Shown here: positions 11,260 through 22,480 of the stretch, piece after piece
Layout of the letters: each line of letters opens with the position of its first letter
Numbering within the stretch: the first letter of the stretch is position 1
Source of the DNA: Kofleriaceae bacterium
GTDB lineage: Bacteria > Myxococcota_A > Polyangia > Haliangiales > Haliangiaceae
NCBI GenBank assembly: GCA_965215005.1
Contig: CBDCCZ010000003.1
Coordinates: 192,001-256,000 of the forward strand
Direction: 5' to 3'
DNA length: 64,000 nt
Position numbers and translations under genes: made by a program
Notes under the pieces: model-generated
What the model was told of the DNA's origin: nothing
The model's database searches: none
Seen by the model: the letters and a program-made list of their open reading frames with translations, nothing else

Positions 11260-13224
11260 CTACTCGTGCAAGAACGCAGCGGGAACCCGCGGCCCGTTCT
11301 GGATGAAGTTCTTCATGCCGATATCCATATCGACCGTTTGTTTGCAGCGCGCAAAGCCTTCGGCCTCCACTGCCAGCCCTTCGGCGAGCGGTCGAGCGAG
11401 GCCGCGCTGCAAGACGTCTACGACGATGCTGTCAATGGCCACCGAGCGATGACCAAGCTCTACCGCCGGCAGCCTCACCTGCGTCAGCGGCGCCGGATCG
11501 ATCGGCTCGAGCCGCACTGTGCCCGCAATATGTTGCTTGATGAGCGCTTTGGCGGCGGCGACGACCTCCGTAGTGGGCTCGCCGTGAGCCCATCCCCACG
11601 CGCACGCCACCGCGGCGCCGATGGAGCGCGCGGTGCGGATCATCTCCGAGGCGCGCTCGACGCCGATCAAGCGCGGCAATCGCTGGGTGCCGCCGTAGCC
11701 GGGCAAAATGCCGAGGTTGACCTCGGGCTGGCCGAGGACGAGGTTTGGCCCCACGACTCGCGCGTGGCACGCCATGGCCAGCTCGGCGCCGCCGCCGAGG
11801 ACGGGTCCGTCCACGGCCGCCACCACCGGCTTACTGGCATCGGCAATGCGAGCGAAGATCGGGTGCGAGGACAGGCAGATGTCGCGGCAGGCGGCCGCCG
11901 TGGGCAACGCTGCGAGCTCGCCGATATCGGCGCCCGCAAACGAACCGTCGTAGCTGGTCAAGACGATGCCGCGCACCGCTGCGTCGCGATCGAGCTCCGC
12001 GATGGCCTCGCCGACTTCGGCGATGGTGCGCGCCGACAGCGCGTTCTTGACCTCGGGTCGAAACACCGAGACCACGCCGATATCGCCGTCTCGCGCGACC
12101 TTCACGAACCGGCGAAACGAGGTGAGCTTGCCGTCGCGAAGGCTCGCTGGCACCGGAAATCCCGGATGCGCCGCAGCGTAGCTCGTGCACAGCTGGCGAC
12201 ACCGCTCCGCGCCCAGCTCGGCAGCCAAGTCGACCAGGCCGGTGCGAAAGCCGAGCGCCATCTTAGTCATCCAATCGAGCTCCGTGGCCTCGCAGATGTC
12301 CTCGTCGACCACGAAATAGGTGCGGCCGAGCAGCACCGCGAGAATGCGGTCGAGCACCACGTCGCGCAACGCTGCGTCATAGGCGGCCGACTGCGGGTTC
12401 TTGCGATCGTGCCACGGCGCATCGCCTTTCTCCGACAGGATCGCCGGCGGCGCAAACCACTCGGTGCCGGTCGGCGCCTGCCGCATCAGCTCCTGGCAAT
12501 GCACGGTGAGCAGGTTTCCGCGGGTCGCGTCCATTACATTGAATGGGCCGCCGCCGCCGATCGCGTCGTTGACGATGCGGTCGACTTGCGCTGGCGAAGC
12601 GAGGCCCTCGGCGACGATGCGAGCCGCTTCGGAAATGTAGTTGCAAAAGATGTCGTCGGCGGCAAAGCAGGCAACGTCAGCGGTAACCACCGGAACCTTG
12701 CCCAGCTTCTCGAGCGTCGCGAGCATGCGCTGGCCGAGCGCGTCGTCGCCGGAGAAGACCACCTCCACGGGCAGCGAGCGCCACGCGGGAAAGAACGGGT
12801 GATTCACGAAGCAGCGCTCGGGCCGCTTGGCGCTCTTCGCGATATGCGCCCGCGGCAGGCCGGACGTCGCAAACCCGATCAAGCAATCGTCGGCCACCAC
12901 GCCCTCGAGCTCGGCGAGAATGCGTTGTTTGACGGCAAGGTCCTCGGAAGCGGCCTCGAGCACATACTCGCAGTCGGCCAAGTCGCGCAGCTGCAGCGTC
13001 GGAGTGAGCGCCGCTTCGATCGCCGCCGCCGCTTTCGTGGAGAGCTTGCCGCGCGAGACGCCCTTCTGAACATAGCCGCGAATGCGGGCGCAGCCGGCGT
13101 CGAGCGCCTCTTGCTTGATATCTACGAGATAGACCCGAGCTCCGTCTTCGCGGGCCAGAGCCGACAAAAAGCCGTAGGCTAGATCGGGTCCGATGGACCC
13201 GGAGCCGATGACGCCGACGTTCAT
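11260..13224 (-). CDS. 3-hydroxyacyl-CoA dehydrogenase / enoyl-CoA hydratase fusion (HAD N-terminal, ECH C-terminal)
   Basis: GSGSIG Rossmann motif and EAASEDL; C-terminal FAGADI, GGGAELAMAC and PEVNLGILPGYGGTQRLPR; AAGGAG RBS before the ATG at 13224. Confidence 0.9.
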   Translation of the reverse strand: MNVGVIGSGSIGPDLAYGFLSALAREDGARVYLVDIKQEALDAGCARIRGYVQKGVSRGKLSTKAAAAIEAALTPTLQLRDLADCEYVLEAASEDLAVKQRILAELEGVVADDCLIGFATSGLPRAHIAKSAKRPERCFVNHPFFPAWRSLPVEVVFSGDDALGQRMLATLEKLGKVPVVTADVACFAADDIFCNYISEAARIVAEGLASPAQVDRIVNDAIGGGGPFNVMDATRGNLLTVHCQELMRQAPTGTEWFAPPAILSEKGDAPWHDRKNPQSAAYDAALRDVVLDRILAVLLGRTYFVVDEDICEATELDWMTKMALGFRTGLVDLAAELGAERCRQLCTSYAAAHPGFPVPASLRDGKLTSFRRFVKVARDGDIGVVSVFRPEVKNALSARTIAEVGEAIAELDRDAAVRGIVLTSYDGSFAGADIGELAALPTAAACRDICLSSHPIFARIADASKPVVAAVDGPVLGGGAELAMACHARVVGPNLVLGQPEVNLGILPGYGGTQRLPRLIGVERASEMIRTARSIGAAVACAWGWAHGEPTTEVVAAAKALIKQHIAGTVRLEPIDPAPLTQVRLPAVELGHRSVAIDSIVVDVLQRGLARPLAEGLAVEAEGFARCKQTVDMDIGMKNFIQNGPRVPAAFLHE

Positions 13225-13344
13225 TCGCTTTGCTCCTTGCTGATACGCGTCCGATTCGAGACCGGGCACGTTAGACCGATGTGGCTCCTCGAGCCAAGCC
13301 CTTCGTCGGTGGAGCGACGCGGGTGCCAATTCTATGGATTGGCC

Positions 13345-14727
13345 TCAGCGGCGGATGCGCCCGAGATTGTGTCGATCGAGGAAAGCGCTGATGGTGGCGG
13401 CCTCTTGGGGCGCGGCATTGCGCCGATAGAGGTGGCCGAGGCGGCCCGCGTTGACCTCGGCCCACTGCAAGACGTCGTGATCCAAGGTTCGAAAGCTGGA
13501 GCCTTGGCACGAAGCGGGCAGCATGTCGGCGTCGATTTCCACGCCGGGCAGCGCGATGGGGGCGGCCGGCTGACCAGCAGCAAGCCGCTCGAGATCGATG
13601 CAGTCGGTCAGGTCGCTGGCGGCGCTCGAACGGGCAGTCAACGGCTCGAGGCCATGCACGTTCTCGAGGTGCTTGAGCGCCGACGTGTGATCGTAGACCA
13701 CCGAGCTCACGTAGCCCTGCTTGGTGTATGGGCCGATCACCATCGCTGGAACGCGAAAACCGAGCTGGTCAAAGCCCTGCGCGGCGCGCTCATCGGCGGC
13801 CTTGGGCGGGGGAACATGATCGAAAAAGCCGCCGTTCTCATCATAGGTGACGACGAGCATGCAGCGCTCCCAGTGCGGCGAGGTCGCCAACGCTTGGTAG
13901 ACCGCAGCGATGAGCTGCTGCCCGAGAAGAGGATGGTGCGGCGGGTGGTCGTCGTTGAGGCTAAACGTGGGATCGATATAGACCACCGGCGGCAGCGCGC
14001 CCGCGGCGGCATCGGCAATGAAGGCGTCCATGGTCGGACGCAAGCGCCCCGAAAGCGGAATCCCATCGAGCACCGCTAGCACCGGAAAGTCGCCGTAGTA
14101 GTAGGCCCAGTCGATATCGGCGGCGTTGAGCCGATGGTAGATCGTCGGGAGCCCCTCGAATGCACCATTGAGCACTTCCTGATTGGTCATGGCGCCGTTG
14201 GAAGTCGCTGCATGCCAGTACATGCGGTTTGGCAGCGTGGGGCCCAGGACTGAAGAGAACCAGCGATCGCAGGTGGTATAGGCATCCGCCAACGCCCAGC
14301 TCACCGGCAAATGCTCGCGCAGCATGTACTGCATGGGTTCGATAAGCAGGCTGCCGCCATGCTCCTCTTGATGAGCGATGACGAAGCCGTCATTTTGACC
14401 GGCAGCAAACTGCGTGCGTGAAGCGTCCCAGCCGTGAGGCGGATCGATGACGCACTGCTCGCCGGCCGACGCAGCGAAGATTGGCACTTGGGTACCGTCG
14501 AGCGCGGGGTTGGTCATGCCCTCGCGCAGACCATCGCCCGGTGCGCTCCCGAGCAGCGACCGCGCACCGAAGTAGTGATCGTAGCTGCGGTTCTCCATCA
14601 TCAAGAACACCAGCGTGTCGATGCCAGCGTCGCTATCGTCCGCGTCGCCGCACGCGGTTAATACCTTGGACATGCTGGCCGCCCCCGCCAGTGCCCCCAT
14701 CGCCTTGATGGCGTCGCGTCGATTCAT
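13345..14727 (-). CDS. Phosphoesterase / phospholipase C family, Tat lipoprotein
   Basis: NRRDAIK Tat motif, LTAC lipobox, MMENRSYDHYFG, GPTLPNR, DDHPP and YDENGGFFDHV. Confidence 0.9.
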   Translation of the reverse strand: MNRRDAIKAMGALAGAASMSKVLTACGDADDSDAGIDTLVFLMMENRSYDHYFGARSLLGSAPGDGLREGMTNPALDGTQVPIFAASAGEQCVIDPPHGWDASRTQFAAGQNDGFVIAHQEEHGGSLLIEPMQYMLREHLPVSWALADAYTTCDRWFSSVLGPTLPNRMYWHAATSNGAMTNQEVLNGAFEGLPTIYHRLNAADIDWAYYYGDFPVLAVLDGIPLSGRLRPTMDAFIADAAAGALPPVVYIDPTFSLNDDHPPHHPLLGQQLIAAVYQALATSPHWERCMLVVTYDENGGFFDHVPPPKAADERAAQGFDQLGFRVPAMVIGPYTKQGYVSSVVYDHTSALKHLENVHGLEPLTARSSAASDLTDCIDLERLAAGQPAAPIALPGVEIDADMLPASCQGSSFRTLDHDVLQWAEVNAGRLGHLYRRNAAPQEAATISAFLDRHNLGRIRR

Positions 14728-14834
14728 GCTCCCTCCGCGCGGCTAAGCCGCAAGATGCGCCAAGCATACGCGATTCCTTGGCGTAGTGGTCGGACATGTG
14801 CCACGGCGCCATCGCCGTCACGGGTGGAGCCGCT

Positions 14835-15737
14835 TCAGAAGCGCGTGCCGAGCCATCCCAATACCGTAGCTACGGCGAGACCATAGCTGGTGTAGTGCGA
14901 GAATCCCTTATGACCCGCAAGCGGCAGCACGACGTACTCGACGTCGACCGAAGCGCTCAATAGCGCCGAATCATCTTGCGGCACGAAGAGCTCGTCGAGC
15001 TCGGCCTGCAGCAGCAAGACCGGCACCGTGATGGCGGCGCGCAGCGGCGCCGATTCGTTGTTCAACGCGGAAACGATCTCGCCGCGGGGGACCAGCGAGC
15101 GGGTGCGATTGTCCAAGGCGATGAGCCAGCGAAATGCCCACGGCAAGGCATAGAAGAACTCGCGGCGGAAATCGCTACCGAAATCGAAGTACGGCCCTTG
15201 TAAGAGCCAGGCATTCACGTCGACCGCCAACAGCTCCGGTTGCAGCTGGTTGGTCTGAAATGCGACCACCACGCCATCTACGTCGCCATAGATGCCCGCC
15301 TCGACGATCGCGATGTCGGCGCCTGCCGACGGCCCTAGCAGCACGATCTGCGGGGGCAGAAATCCCAGCGCTCCGCTGCGCACTGCTTGGACGACCTCGT
15401 GCAGGTACCCCGCGCTAGTCGCAAAGCTGAGGCTATCGCCATCGGGACGGCTGGAGGCGCCGTAGCCGACGCGGTCCACCGCCAGCACTCCATAGCCAGC
15501 ATGGGCAATGGCGCGGGCGGCGCGAAACCACGCCACAAAATCGAACACCGCGTGGGTATCCGATGCGCCGTGGACCATCAGCACCAACGGCCGGGTCTCG
15601 CTCTGCCCATAGACGTAGCCGACCATGGTGTTGCCGTCGTCGAGCTCAAACGCGAGCTCCACGGGTGCTCTGCTATGAGCATCCGCCGACGAGATCGACA
15701 CCAGCAGCACCCACGACACCGCGATCCATCGAATCAT
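14835..15737 (-). CDS. Secreted alpha/beta hydrolase
   Basis: Signal peptide, VHGA, DRVGYGAS, GPSAG nucleophile elbow, and C-terminal Asp and His (AGH). Confidence 0.8.
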   Translation of the reverse strand: MIRWIAVSWVLLVSISSADAHSRAPVELAFELDDGNTMVGYVYGQSETRPLVLMVHGASDTHAVFDFVAWFRAARAIAHAGYGVLAVDRVGYGASSRPDGDSLSFATSAGYLHEVVQAVRSGALGFLPPQIVLLGPSAGADIAIVEAGIYGDVDGVVVAFQTNQLQPELLAVDVNAWLLQGPYFDFGSDFRREFFYALPWAFRWLIALDNRTRSLVPRGEIVSALNNESAPLRAAITVPVLLLQAELDELFVPQDDSALLSASVDVEYVVLPLAGHKGFSHYTSYGLAVATVLGWLGTRF

Positions 15738-15874
15738 GCGTTCCTCCTGCGGCACTGCCGCCCCCTCGCCCGCTGTTGCGGCGCTTGCACCATCCTTTCG
15801 AGAATGGCCGCCGAACGCAATCGCTTTATGGGAGCTGCCTCGCCCACACCCGGCGACACCACCCCGAAAGCGAT

Positions 15875-17590
15875 TTACTGCTCGAAGAGCACGCCGCCGA
15901 GCAGCGCGCGCAACTCTTCACCGACGAATGGCTTTTTCAAGATCGCATCGCAAGCGGTGGAACGGCGATCGCTGCGCACCTGCTCGGCATCCCACCCGGT
16001 CATGAGCACGAGCTTGCCCTGATAGCCGATCCGTCGGAGCTCCTCGGCCACATCCAATCCGCTCTTTTCCGGCATGCCGACATCACAGAGAATCACGTCG
16101 AAGTGCTCTCGTGCGGCTAAGCTCAGCGCTTCGCTGGCCGAGGTCACGGTGACCACCTGATGCCCTAGCGGCTCGAGAAAGGCGTTGATGATGAACACGA
16201 CGTCGGGGTCGTCATCGACCGCCAAGAGGCGTTTGGCGCTCTCGGTACCGGCTGGCTCGGGAGGCGTCTTCGCCGGCACGCTGACGGCATCGGCGACTGC
16301 GGCACTGAGCGTGAGCTCAAAGACCGCACCGCCACCCGGGGCGTTGCGAGCCTCCAGGCGGCCACCGAAGTGCTCGAGCGAGGCACGCCCCGCCGCCAGG
16401 CCGATGCCGGCGTGCGAGCCGCCTTTGGTGGAGACGAACGGGCGAAACAGCGAACGCATCACCTCGGGCGCCAAGCCGGGCCCCGTATCAGTGATGAGCA
16501 ACCGAATCAGCCCTTCATCGTCGCGCAGCCGGAGACGCAACGTGCGGCCCGCAGAAGGCATTTCGAGCAGGGCGTCACGGGCGTTGAGCACCAGATTGAG
16601 AATCACCTGATGGAGCAGAGTCGCATCCACCGCCACCGGCGGCACCGGCGGGGTTTGGGCATCGACCTCGATAGACGCTTCCCGGAGAAGCGGCGCGACC
16701 ATCACCAAGATGTCATCGACGATCTCTGCAACGTTGGCCAGCGCTGGCACCTGTCCGCGATCGGCGCGGGCGATGCGTTGCAGCCGGCCAACCAAGTCGC
16801 CAATGGCCCGCGTCGCGCGAGCGATGCGCGGCAACACATCGCTCGCTGCTTCGGGCGAGCGCTCGCCCGCGCTCACCGCCAAGAGCGCAATGCCGGAGAG
16901 GTTGTTGAGGTCGTGCGCCACCGCCGCTGCGAGCTCGCCAACCGCCTTAATTCGCGCGTCGCGCTCGATGGTTGCTTGCGCCTCGAGGAGCTGGGCGTTC
17001 ACGCGCTCGAGCCGCGCCACGTGCATCGCTCGCTCCATGGCGATGCCTAGATGATTCATGAAGGCGCGCAACAAGCCCTCTCCAAACAACGTGTCCGGAA
17101 TCGGTTGCTTGCCGCGATATGAAGACAGGCCGAGCGCGCCGACGGGTTGGCCGCGACTGCCGAGCAGCGGCCCGCAAGCGAATGGGTGGCCGCGCAAGTG
17201 CTCATAGATCACGCGCGGCAGCGCCAACACGCCATCGGGAACCTCGGTGTCGTCGTCCTCGATGATGAACAGCGAGTCCGGATCGGCGATGTTGATCATC
17301 CGGCCCTCGCGGAAGCCGTGGCCGATTGGCTGCCGCATGTCGAGCATGAAGATGGTCGGCATCTCGTCGGTGGTGTCGACGCCGTCAATCATCTCCTTGA
17401 GCGTCAACAGGTGACCATCGTCGTTGAGCTGCGCCATCCACACCGCGGAAAATCCCAGCGCGATAATCTCCCCAACCACCATCTCAACGATCTCTTCAAG
17501 GCTGGCCGTGGATGCGAGCCGCGCGGTGAGCCCAGCGAGGAGCTCGAACGGTGGCAGCGAGGAATGACTGTGCGGGTGCGGCTCGCTCAT
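15875..17590 (-). CDS. Hybrid sensor histidine kinase (GAF-HisKA-HATPase-REC)
   Basis: AHDLNN, NLVLNARDA, DTGPG, PFVSTK, GIGL and a receiver domain with CDVGMP. Confidence 0.9.
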   Translation of the reverse strand: MSEPHPHSHSSLPPFELLAGLTARLASTASLEEIVEMVVGEIIALGFSAVWMAQLNDDGHLLTLKEMIDGVDTTDEMPTIFMLDMRQPIGHGFREGRMINIADPDSLFIIEDDDTEVPDGVLALPRVIYEHLRGHPFACGPLLGSRGQPVGALGLSSYRGKQPIPDTLFGEGLLRAFMNHLGIAMERAMHVARLERVNAQLLEAQATIERDARIKAVGELAAAVAHDLNNLSGIALLAVSAGERSPEAASDVLPRIARATRAIGDLVGRLQRIARADRGQVPALANVAEIVDDILVMVAPLLREASIEVDAQTPPVPPVAVDATLLHQVILNLVLNARDALLEMPSAGRTLRLRLRDDEGLIRLLITDTGPGLAPEVMRSLFRPFVSTKGGSHAGIGLAAGRASLEHFGGRLEARNAPGGGAVFELTLSAAVADAVSVPAKTPPEPAGTESAKRLLAVDDDPDVVFIINAFLEPLGHQVVTVTSASEALSLAAREHFDVILCDVGMPEKSGLDVAEELRRIGYQGKLVLMTGWDAEQVRSDRRSTACDAILKKPFVGEELRALLGGVLFEQ

Positions 17591-17980
17591 GGCGCGGATG
17601 ATGGATTGCCGCGCGAGGGGTTGCAAACCCCTACAAGGGGCATTGGCTCATGCTTGAATGCCGGTGGGCCAGAGTCGTAAACAGCGTTCGGCCAGCGAGA
17701 AATGATCCTCGAGGCGCACGTCTTCTCCGCCGGCAATAGCGAGAGCGGCAAACCACATAGCGATGACGACGGGGTGCATGTCGCATTCTTGTGCACACGT
17801 CGGGCCAATAGGCGACACAAGCGGGAATTCGCGGCAACGACGGGTTCCCTGCGCCGAGGTGTTGCGAAGCAGCGTAAGCGCAGCGGCGAAGCGGGGCCCA
17901 AACACCCCGGCATAGGTGCAATCGGCGCTGGCCTGGCTAACGCTGCGGCCACGCCAGAACGCGCACCCGGCCGTTGCCAA

Positions 17981-18511
17981 TCATCGGCAACGCTCCGACT
18001 TCACGTTGCTGGCGAAGGCGCCGATCACATTGCCGGGCGGATCGTAGTTGCACACCCAAAGCTCGCCGCCGCCACAGCGTGCGACGCCGCAGCCGAGCGA
18101 GCGGGTATTCGCCCATATCAACTGCGTGAAGTGCCCCGTCTTCATGCTGAAGCGGGCTTGGCGATAGCTATAGTCGGCTTTCTCCGCGTACCAAGCCTGG
18201 GTGACGCGGGCGGCGTCGGCACTGCCAACGGGTGCGAAGAACGCCAAATTCTCGCCGTAGCTCTGGCCGGAACTGTGCTCGAAGGCGCAGCCGCGAGCAC
18301 GCAGTTGGTCGGCCCATCGCTGGGCGTGTCGTGCCAACGCGTCTGACCATACCAGTGGCTTGGCGCAGTGGCGTGCACGAGCGCGATTGTGCGCGCGCAG
18401 CATGCCGTCCAGAGGTCCGGCGGCGCGCGGACCACCGGCGCTCACCGTGGCAACGCTGGGGTCGCTTGGCGTGGCCGAGCCGCAAGCCACCGCGAGCAGC
18501 GCCACGAGCAT
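17981..18511 (-). CDS. CAP/SCP (PR-1-like) domain lipoprotein
   Basis: AHNRARA, YGENLA, TGHFTQLIW and VCNYDPPGN; lipobox AVAC. Start is uncertain. Confidence 0.88.
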   Translation of the reverse strand: MLVALLAVACGSATPSDPSVATVSAGGPRAAGPLDGMLRAHNRARARHCAKPLVWSDALARHAQRWADQLRARGCAFEHSSGQSYGENLAFFAPVGSADAARVTQAWYAEKADYSYRQARFSMKTGHFTQLIWANTRSLGCGVARCGGGELWVCNYDPPGNVIGAFASNVKSERCR

Positions 18512-18748
18512 GGCCACAGGCCTGGCGCGATTGTGGGTAAGGAGCTGCAGCAACGATGGAATGGTAGCAGCTCGATGCGCCCTCTCGAGCTCAAAATCCA
18601 GCCTCTTGTATGCACGACGATGTCGGCCACGCGCGCCGCAATTCCCACCTTGCAGCATCACTCCTGCGGGCGATCCTCGACAGGCTCGCGAAGCGATGGT
18701 CCGACGCGTTATGATGAAGCTTGTCGTGTCGATCGGGGGGTTGACGGC

Positions 18749-21700
18749 TTGCTAGCCGGTCCAGGATTCGAGTTCATCGGAACCGAGCGCTTCGAGATTC
18801 GTCGACGCCTCGGCGCCGGCGGAATGGGCGTGGTGTACGAAGCCTTCGACCGCCAGCACGAGGTCGCCGTCGCCCTAAAGACGCTACGCGACGTCGACGC
18901 CAACAAGATCTACCGACTCAAGACTGAGTTCCGCGCCCTGCACGGTATCGAGCACCCCAACATCGTGCATTTGGGCGAGTTGCTTTCGGAGCACGGCGTC
19001 TGGTTCTTCACCATGGAGTTCGTCGACGGTGTCGACTTTCTGGCCCACGTTCGCGGACGAGCCGCACCGCGGGTGACCACGCCGACCGCGTTTGCGCCCA
19101 CCATCGATAGCGTCGAGAATCACGAACTGCCGCGACCCCGAGCAGCGCCGGTGCAAGCGAGCGCGGTGCTCGATGAGGAGCGGCTGCGTGCGGCGTTGGT
19201 GCAGCTCGCCAGCGGCCTCGCCTCGCTGCATGAAGCCGGCAAAGTACACCGCGACATCAAACCCTCCAACGTGCTCGTTACTCCCACCGGTCGCGTGGTC
19301 ATTCTCGACCTCGGACTCGCCGCACCGGTTCACATGGAGAGGGATGCAACCTTCATCGGTGGCGCCGGAACGGTGGAATACATGGCGCCGGAGCAAGCGA
19401 TGAACGGCGCCGTCGGTCCCGCCGCCGATTGGTACAGCTTTGGTGTCGTGCTCTACGAAGCCTTGACGGGCTGCTTGCCGCACACTGGTGAAACTACCTT
19501 CGCAGTGCTGCGACAAAAGCAGGAGCAGGTCCCCACGCCGCCGCACGCGCTGTGTCCCGGCCTTTCCGAACAGCTCTCGGCTCTGGCCATGGAGCTACTG
19601 GCCAAAGATCCCAGCGCACGACCCGAGGCCGCCGCCGTGCTCCACCGACTCGGCGCCAGCGCCGTTGCTCACAAACGTCTCGAGGAGCGCAGTGAGGTGC
19701 CGTTTGTCGGCCGCACCCGCGAGCTCACCGCGCTGCACGTGGCGTGGCGCGAAGCCGAGCGCGGCGCTCCGGTATTGGTCGTGGTTCACGGTGAGTCGGG
19801 CATTGGCAAGAGCGCGCTGGTCGAGCGCTTCAGTAGTCAGCTCACCAGTGACGGCGCTGCGGTGAGCCTTCACGGTCGCTGCTATGAGCGCGAATCGGTG
19901 CCTTATAAGGCATTCGATGGCGTCGCCGACGCGCTCAGCCGTTACCTCCTGCGGCTTGGCGACGAGGAGGTGCGAGCGCTGTTGCCGCGGCGAGCACGGC
20001 AGCTCGCTCAGCTGTTCCCGGTGTTGCAGCGGGTTCCAGCGATTGCGACCGCGCCGCGCAACGTCGGTGATGTCATCGATCCGCGCGAGCAACGCATGCG
20101 CCTGTTCGACGCGTTTCGCGAGCTCCTCGGGCGCATGGCCGAGAAGCACCCCGTAGTCGCCTATATCGACGACTTTCAGTGGGCCGACGCCGATAGCCTG
20201 CTGCTGCTACGCGAGCTTCTCGACCCGCACGAGGCCCCAGCGCTATTGCTGATCATCACGGTGCGTACCGATGCCGGCGGGTTGGGGCTTGGCGATATCG
20301 AAGCGGCGTTGGCTGAGCTCGACGTCGATGTGCGGCTGCTGCCGATTCGAGAGCTGTCAGCATCCGAAGCGCGGCAGATGGTTCGTGCGCTCGGTGCCGG
20401 CGCGGTGGAGACCATCGCAGAGAGCGCCGGCGGTCATCCGCTGTTCTTGCGCGAGCTCGCCCGACACGCTGCCGAGCGCGGAACCACAAAAGGCCCACTG
20501 CGGCTCGATGACGCCATTTGCGAGCGGGTCACGCGGCTTTCGGGAAGCGAGCGCTCGGTGCTCGAGATTCTGTGCGTCGCGGCAGCGCCGCTCGAGCGGC
20601 GGGTCCTCACGGCAGCCACCGGCGTAGACGCAACGACGTTGGATAAGGCGCTTGGCCGGCTGCGCGTCCAGTGCATGGCGCAAGCTGCCAGCACCTCGGC
20701 GAGCGCGTTCGAGCCCTACCACGACCGGGTGCGCAAGGCGATCCTGCGGGATCTCAGCAGCGAGCAGCTACGCCGCCATCATGCCGCCGTCGCCGCCGCG
20801 CTAGAAGCAGAAGGAGCGGCCAAAGCCGATCCCCAGATGCTGGTGCTGCACCTCGAGGGCGCCGGCGATATGGCCGGTGCTTCGCGCTTGGCGGCCGCCG
20901 CCGGCGAGCAAGCCGCTGAAGCCATGGCGTTCGAGCGCGCTGCTGAGTTCTATGCGATCGCGCTGCGCGATGAGGAGCGCGCTGTCGACCAACGATGCGC
21001 ACTGCGCATCGCCCTGGGCGAAGCGTTGATCAATGCGGGACGCGGTGCCGACGCGGCTGACGAGCTACTGCGAGCGGCCGCCGACGCCGAGCCGGCGGTC
21101 AGCATGGAGTGCGAGCGGCTGGCGGCCGAGCAGCTACTGATCTCCGGGCACATCGAGCGCGGCACCGAGGTGCTTGCGCGGCTGCTCGCGGCGCAACGCT
21201 TGACCATGCCCAAGACGCCGCAACGCGCGCTGGCGGCCTTGCTCTGGCACCGCGGATTGTTGCGCCTGCGCGGCATCCGCTGGCGAGCTCGCAGCGAAGC
21301 TGAAATTCCGGCTTCCGAGCTCATGCGCCTCGACACCTATCGAGCGGCCGGCGTCGGGCTCGGAACCGTCGATACCATTCGCGGCGCCTACTTTCAGACC
21401 CGCACGGTGCGCGAAGCGCTGCGCGTTGGTGAGCCGGTTCGACTGTGTCACGCGCTGGCGTACGAGGCTGGTTTCGTGGCTACGCAGAGCCCGCGGGGCA
21501 TTGCGCGGGCTCGCGCGATCCTGGCGCACGCGCGAAGCATGGCCGAGGCCAGCAAGGAGACTTCACCCCTCGCGTGGACCATGGCGATGGAGGGTGTGGT
21601 CGACTACATGAGCGGGCAGTTCGTCGCTGGCGCCGAGGCGCTGCAGCTTGCCGAGCAGATGTTCCGCGAGCGCACCACCGGCAGCACGTGGGCCATCAAC

Positions 21701-22480
21701 CAGACCCGCATGTTTCGCGTATGGGCGCTGATTTGGGCGGGCGACTATGCCGAGATGACCGCGGCGCACGATGCGTACTTGCGCGATGCGATTCGCCGCG
21801 GCGATCGCTATGTCGAGACCACGCTGCGGTGCTCGTGCAGCATCGTATGGCTGGTGCGGGGCGACCTCGATCGCGCACGCGCCAACCTCGAGCGCGCGTT
21901 GTGGACCCCGCCCGCCGATCAGTATCACCTGCAGCATTGGTTCACGCTCAAGGCGCGGGTGGAAAACGAGCTCTATGCCGCCGCCGACGAAGCGATGCTA
22001 GCCACGCTGGCCGAGGAGTTCACCGCGCTCGAGCGATCGCTGCTCACGCGCGTGCAGATCGTTCGCATCGAGGCGAGCTGGCTTCGTGGGCGGCTCGCGC
22101 TCGCGCGGCTGGCGCGGGGCAACGCCAGCGAGCTGCCGGTGGCTGCCAAGCTAGCGCGGCGCCTTGGGCGTGAAGGTTTGATATATGCGTCGGTCTGCGC
22201 GGCGCTGTTGACCGCGGGTGTCGAGCTCGCCCAGCAGCGGCGCGATGCGGTGGCGAGCTCACTCTCGAGCGCAATCGAGCTCGCCGCTGAGTGCGGCATG
22301 TCGGCGGCCGAGACCGCTGCCCGCTACTGGCGGGGCGCGCTGATCGGCGGTGACGAGGGCACCGTCGAGCGCGCGGAAGCAAGGCGATGGGCTCAGCGGC
22401 ATGGCGTGGCCGCTCCAGAGCGGTTTCTCGAGGTGCTGGTGCCAGGCTGGAATTTCAGCCTGCCCAAGCTCCTCGGCTAG
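18749..22480 (+). CDS. Ser/Thr protein kinase with AAA ATPase and helical repeat domain
   Basis: GAGGMG, VALK, HRDIKPSN, DLG and APE; Walker A GESGIGKS; Walker B IDDFQWAD. Start is approximate (ORF open from 18368). Confidence 0.9.
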   Translation: MLAGPGFEFIGTERFEIRRRLGAGGMGVVYEAFDRQHEVAVALKTLRDVDANKIYRLKTEFRALHGIEHPNIVHLGELLSEHGVWFFTMEFVDGVDFLAHVRGRAAPRVTTPTAFAPTIDSVENHELPRPRAAPVQASAVLDEERLRAALVQLASGLASLHEAGKVHRDIKPSNVLVTPTGRVVILDLGLAAPVHMERDATFIGGAGTVEYMAPEQAMNGAVGPAADWYSFGVVLYEALTGCLPHTGETTFAVLRQKQEQVPTPPHALCPGLSEQLSALAMELLAKDPSARPEAAAVLHRLGASAVAHKRLEERSEVPFVGRTRELTALHVAWREAERGAPVLVVVHGESGIGKSALVERFSSQLTSDGAAVSLHGRCYERESVPYKAFDGVADALSRYLLRLGDEEVRALLPRRARQLAQLFPVLQRVPAIATAPRNVGDVIDPREQRMRLFDAFRELLGRMAEKHPVVAYIDDFQWADADSLLLLRELLDPHEAPALLLIITVRTDAGGLGLGDIEAALAELDVDVRLLPIRELSASEARQMVRALGAGAVETIAESAGGHPLFLRELARHAAERGTTKGPLRLDDAICERVTRLSGSERSVLEILCVAAAPLERRVLTAATGVDATTLDKALGRLRVQCMAQAASTSASAFEPYHDRVRKAILRDLSSEQLRRHHAAVAAALEAEGAAKADPQMLVLHLEGAGDMAGASRLAAAAGEQAAEAMAFERAAEFYAIALRDEERAVDQRCALRIALGEALINAGRGADAADELLRAAADAEPAVSMECERLAAEQLLISGHIERGTEVLARLLAAQRLTMPKTPQRALAALLWHRGLLRLRGIRWRARSEAEIPASELMRLDTYRAAGVGLGTVDTIRGAYFQTRTVREALRVGEPVRLCHALAYEAGFVATQSPRGIARARAILAHARSMAEASKETSPLAWTMAMEGVVDYMSGQFVAGAEALQLAEQMFRERTTGSTWAINQTRMFRVWALIWAGDYAEMTAAHDAYLRDAIRRGDRYVETTLRCSCSIVWLVRGDLDRARANLERALWTPPADQYHLQHWFTLKARVENELYAAADEAMLATLAEEFTALERSLLTRVQIVRIEASWLRGRLALARLARGNASELPVAAKLARRLGREGLIYASVCAALLTAGVELAQQRRDAVASSLSSAIELAAECGMSAAETAARYWRGALIGGDEGTVERAEARRWAQRHGVAAPERFLEVLVPGWNFSLPKLLG

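Noticed and set aside
17648..17779. Possible 43-aa peptide MHPVVIAMWFAALAIAGG
   Set aside because: No clear RBS or recognisable family; cannot be supported.
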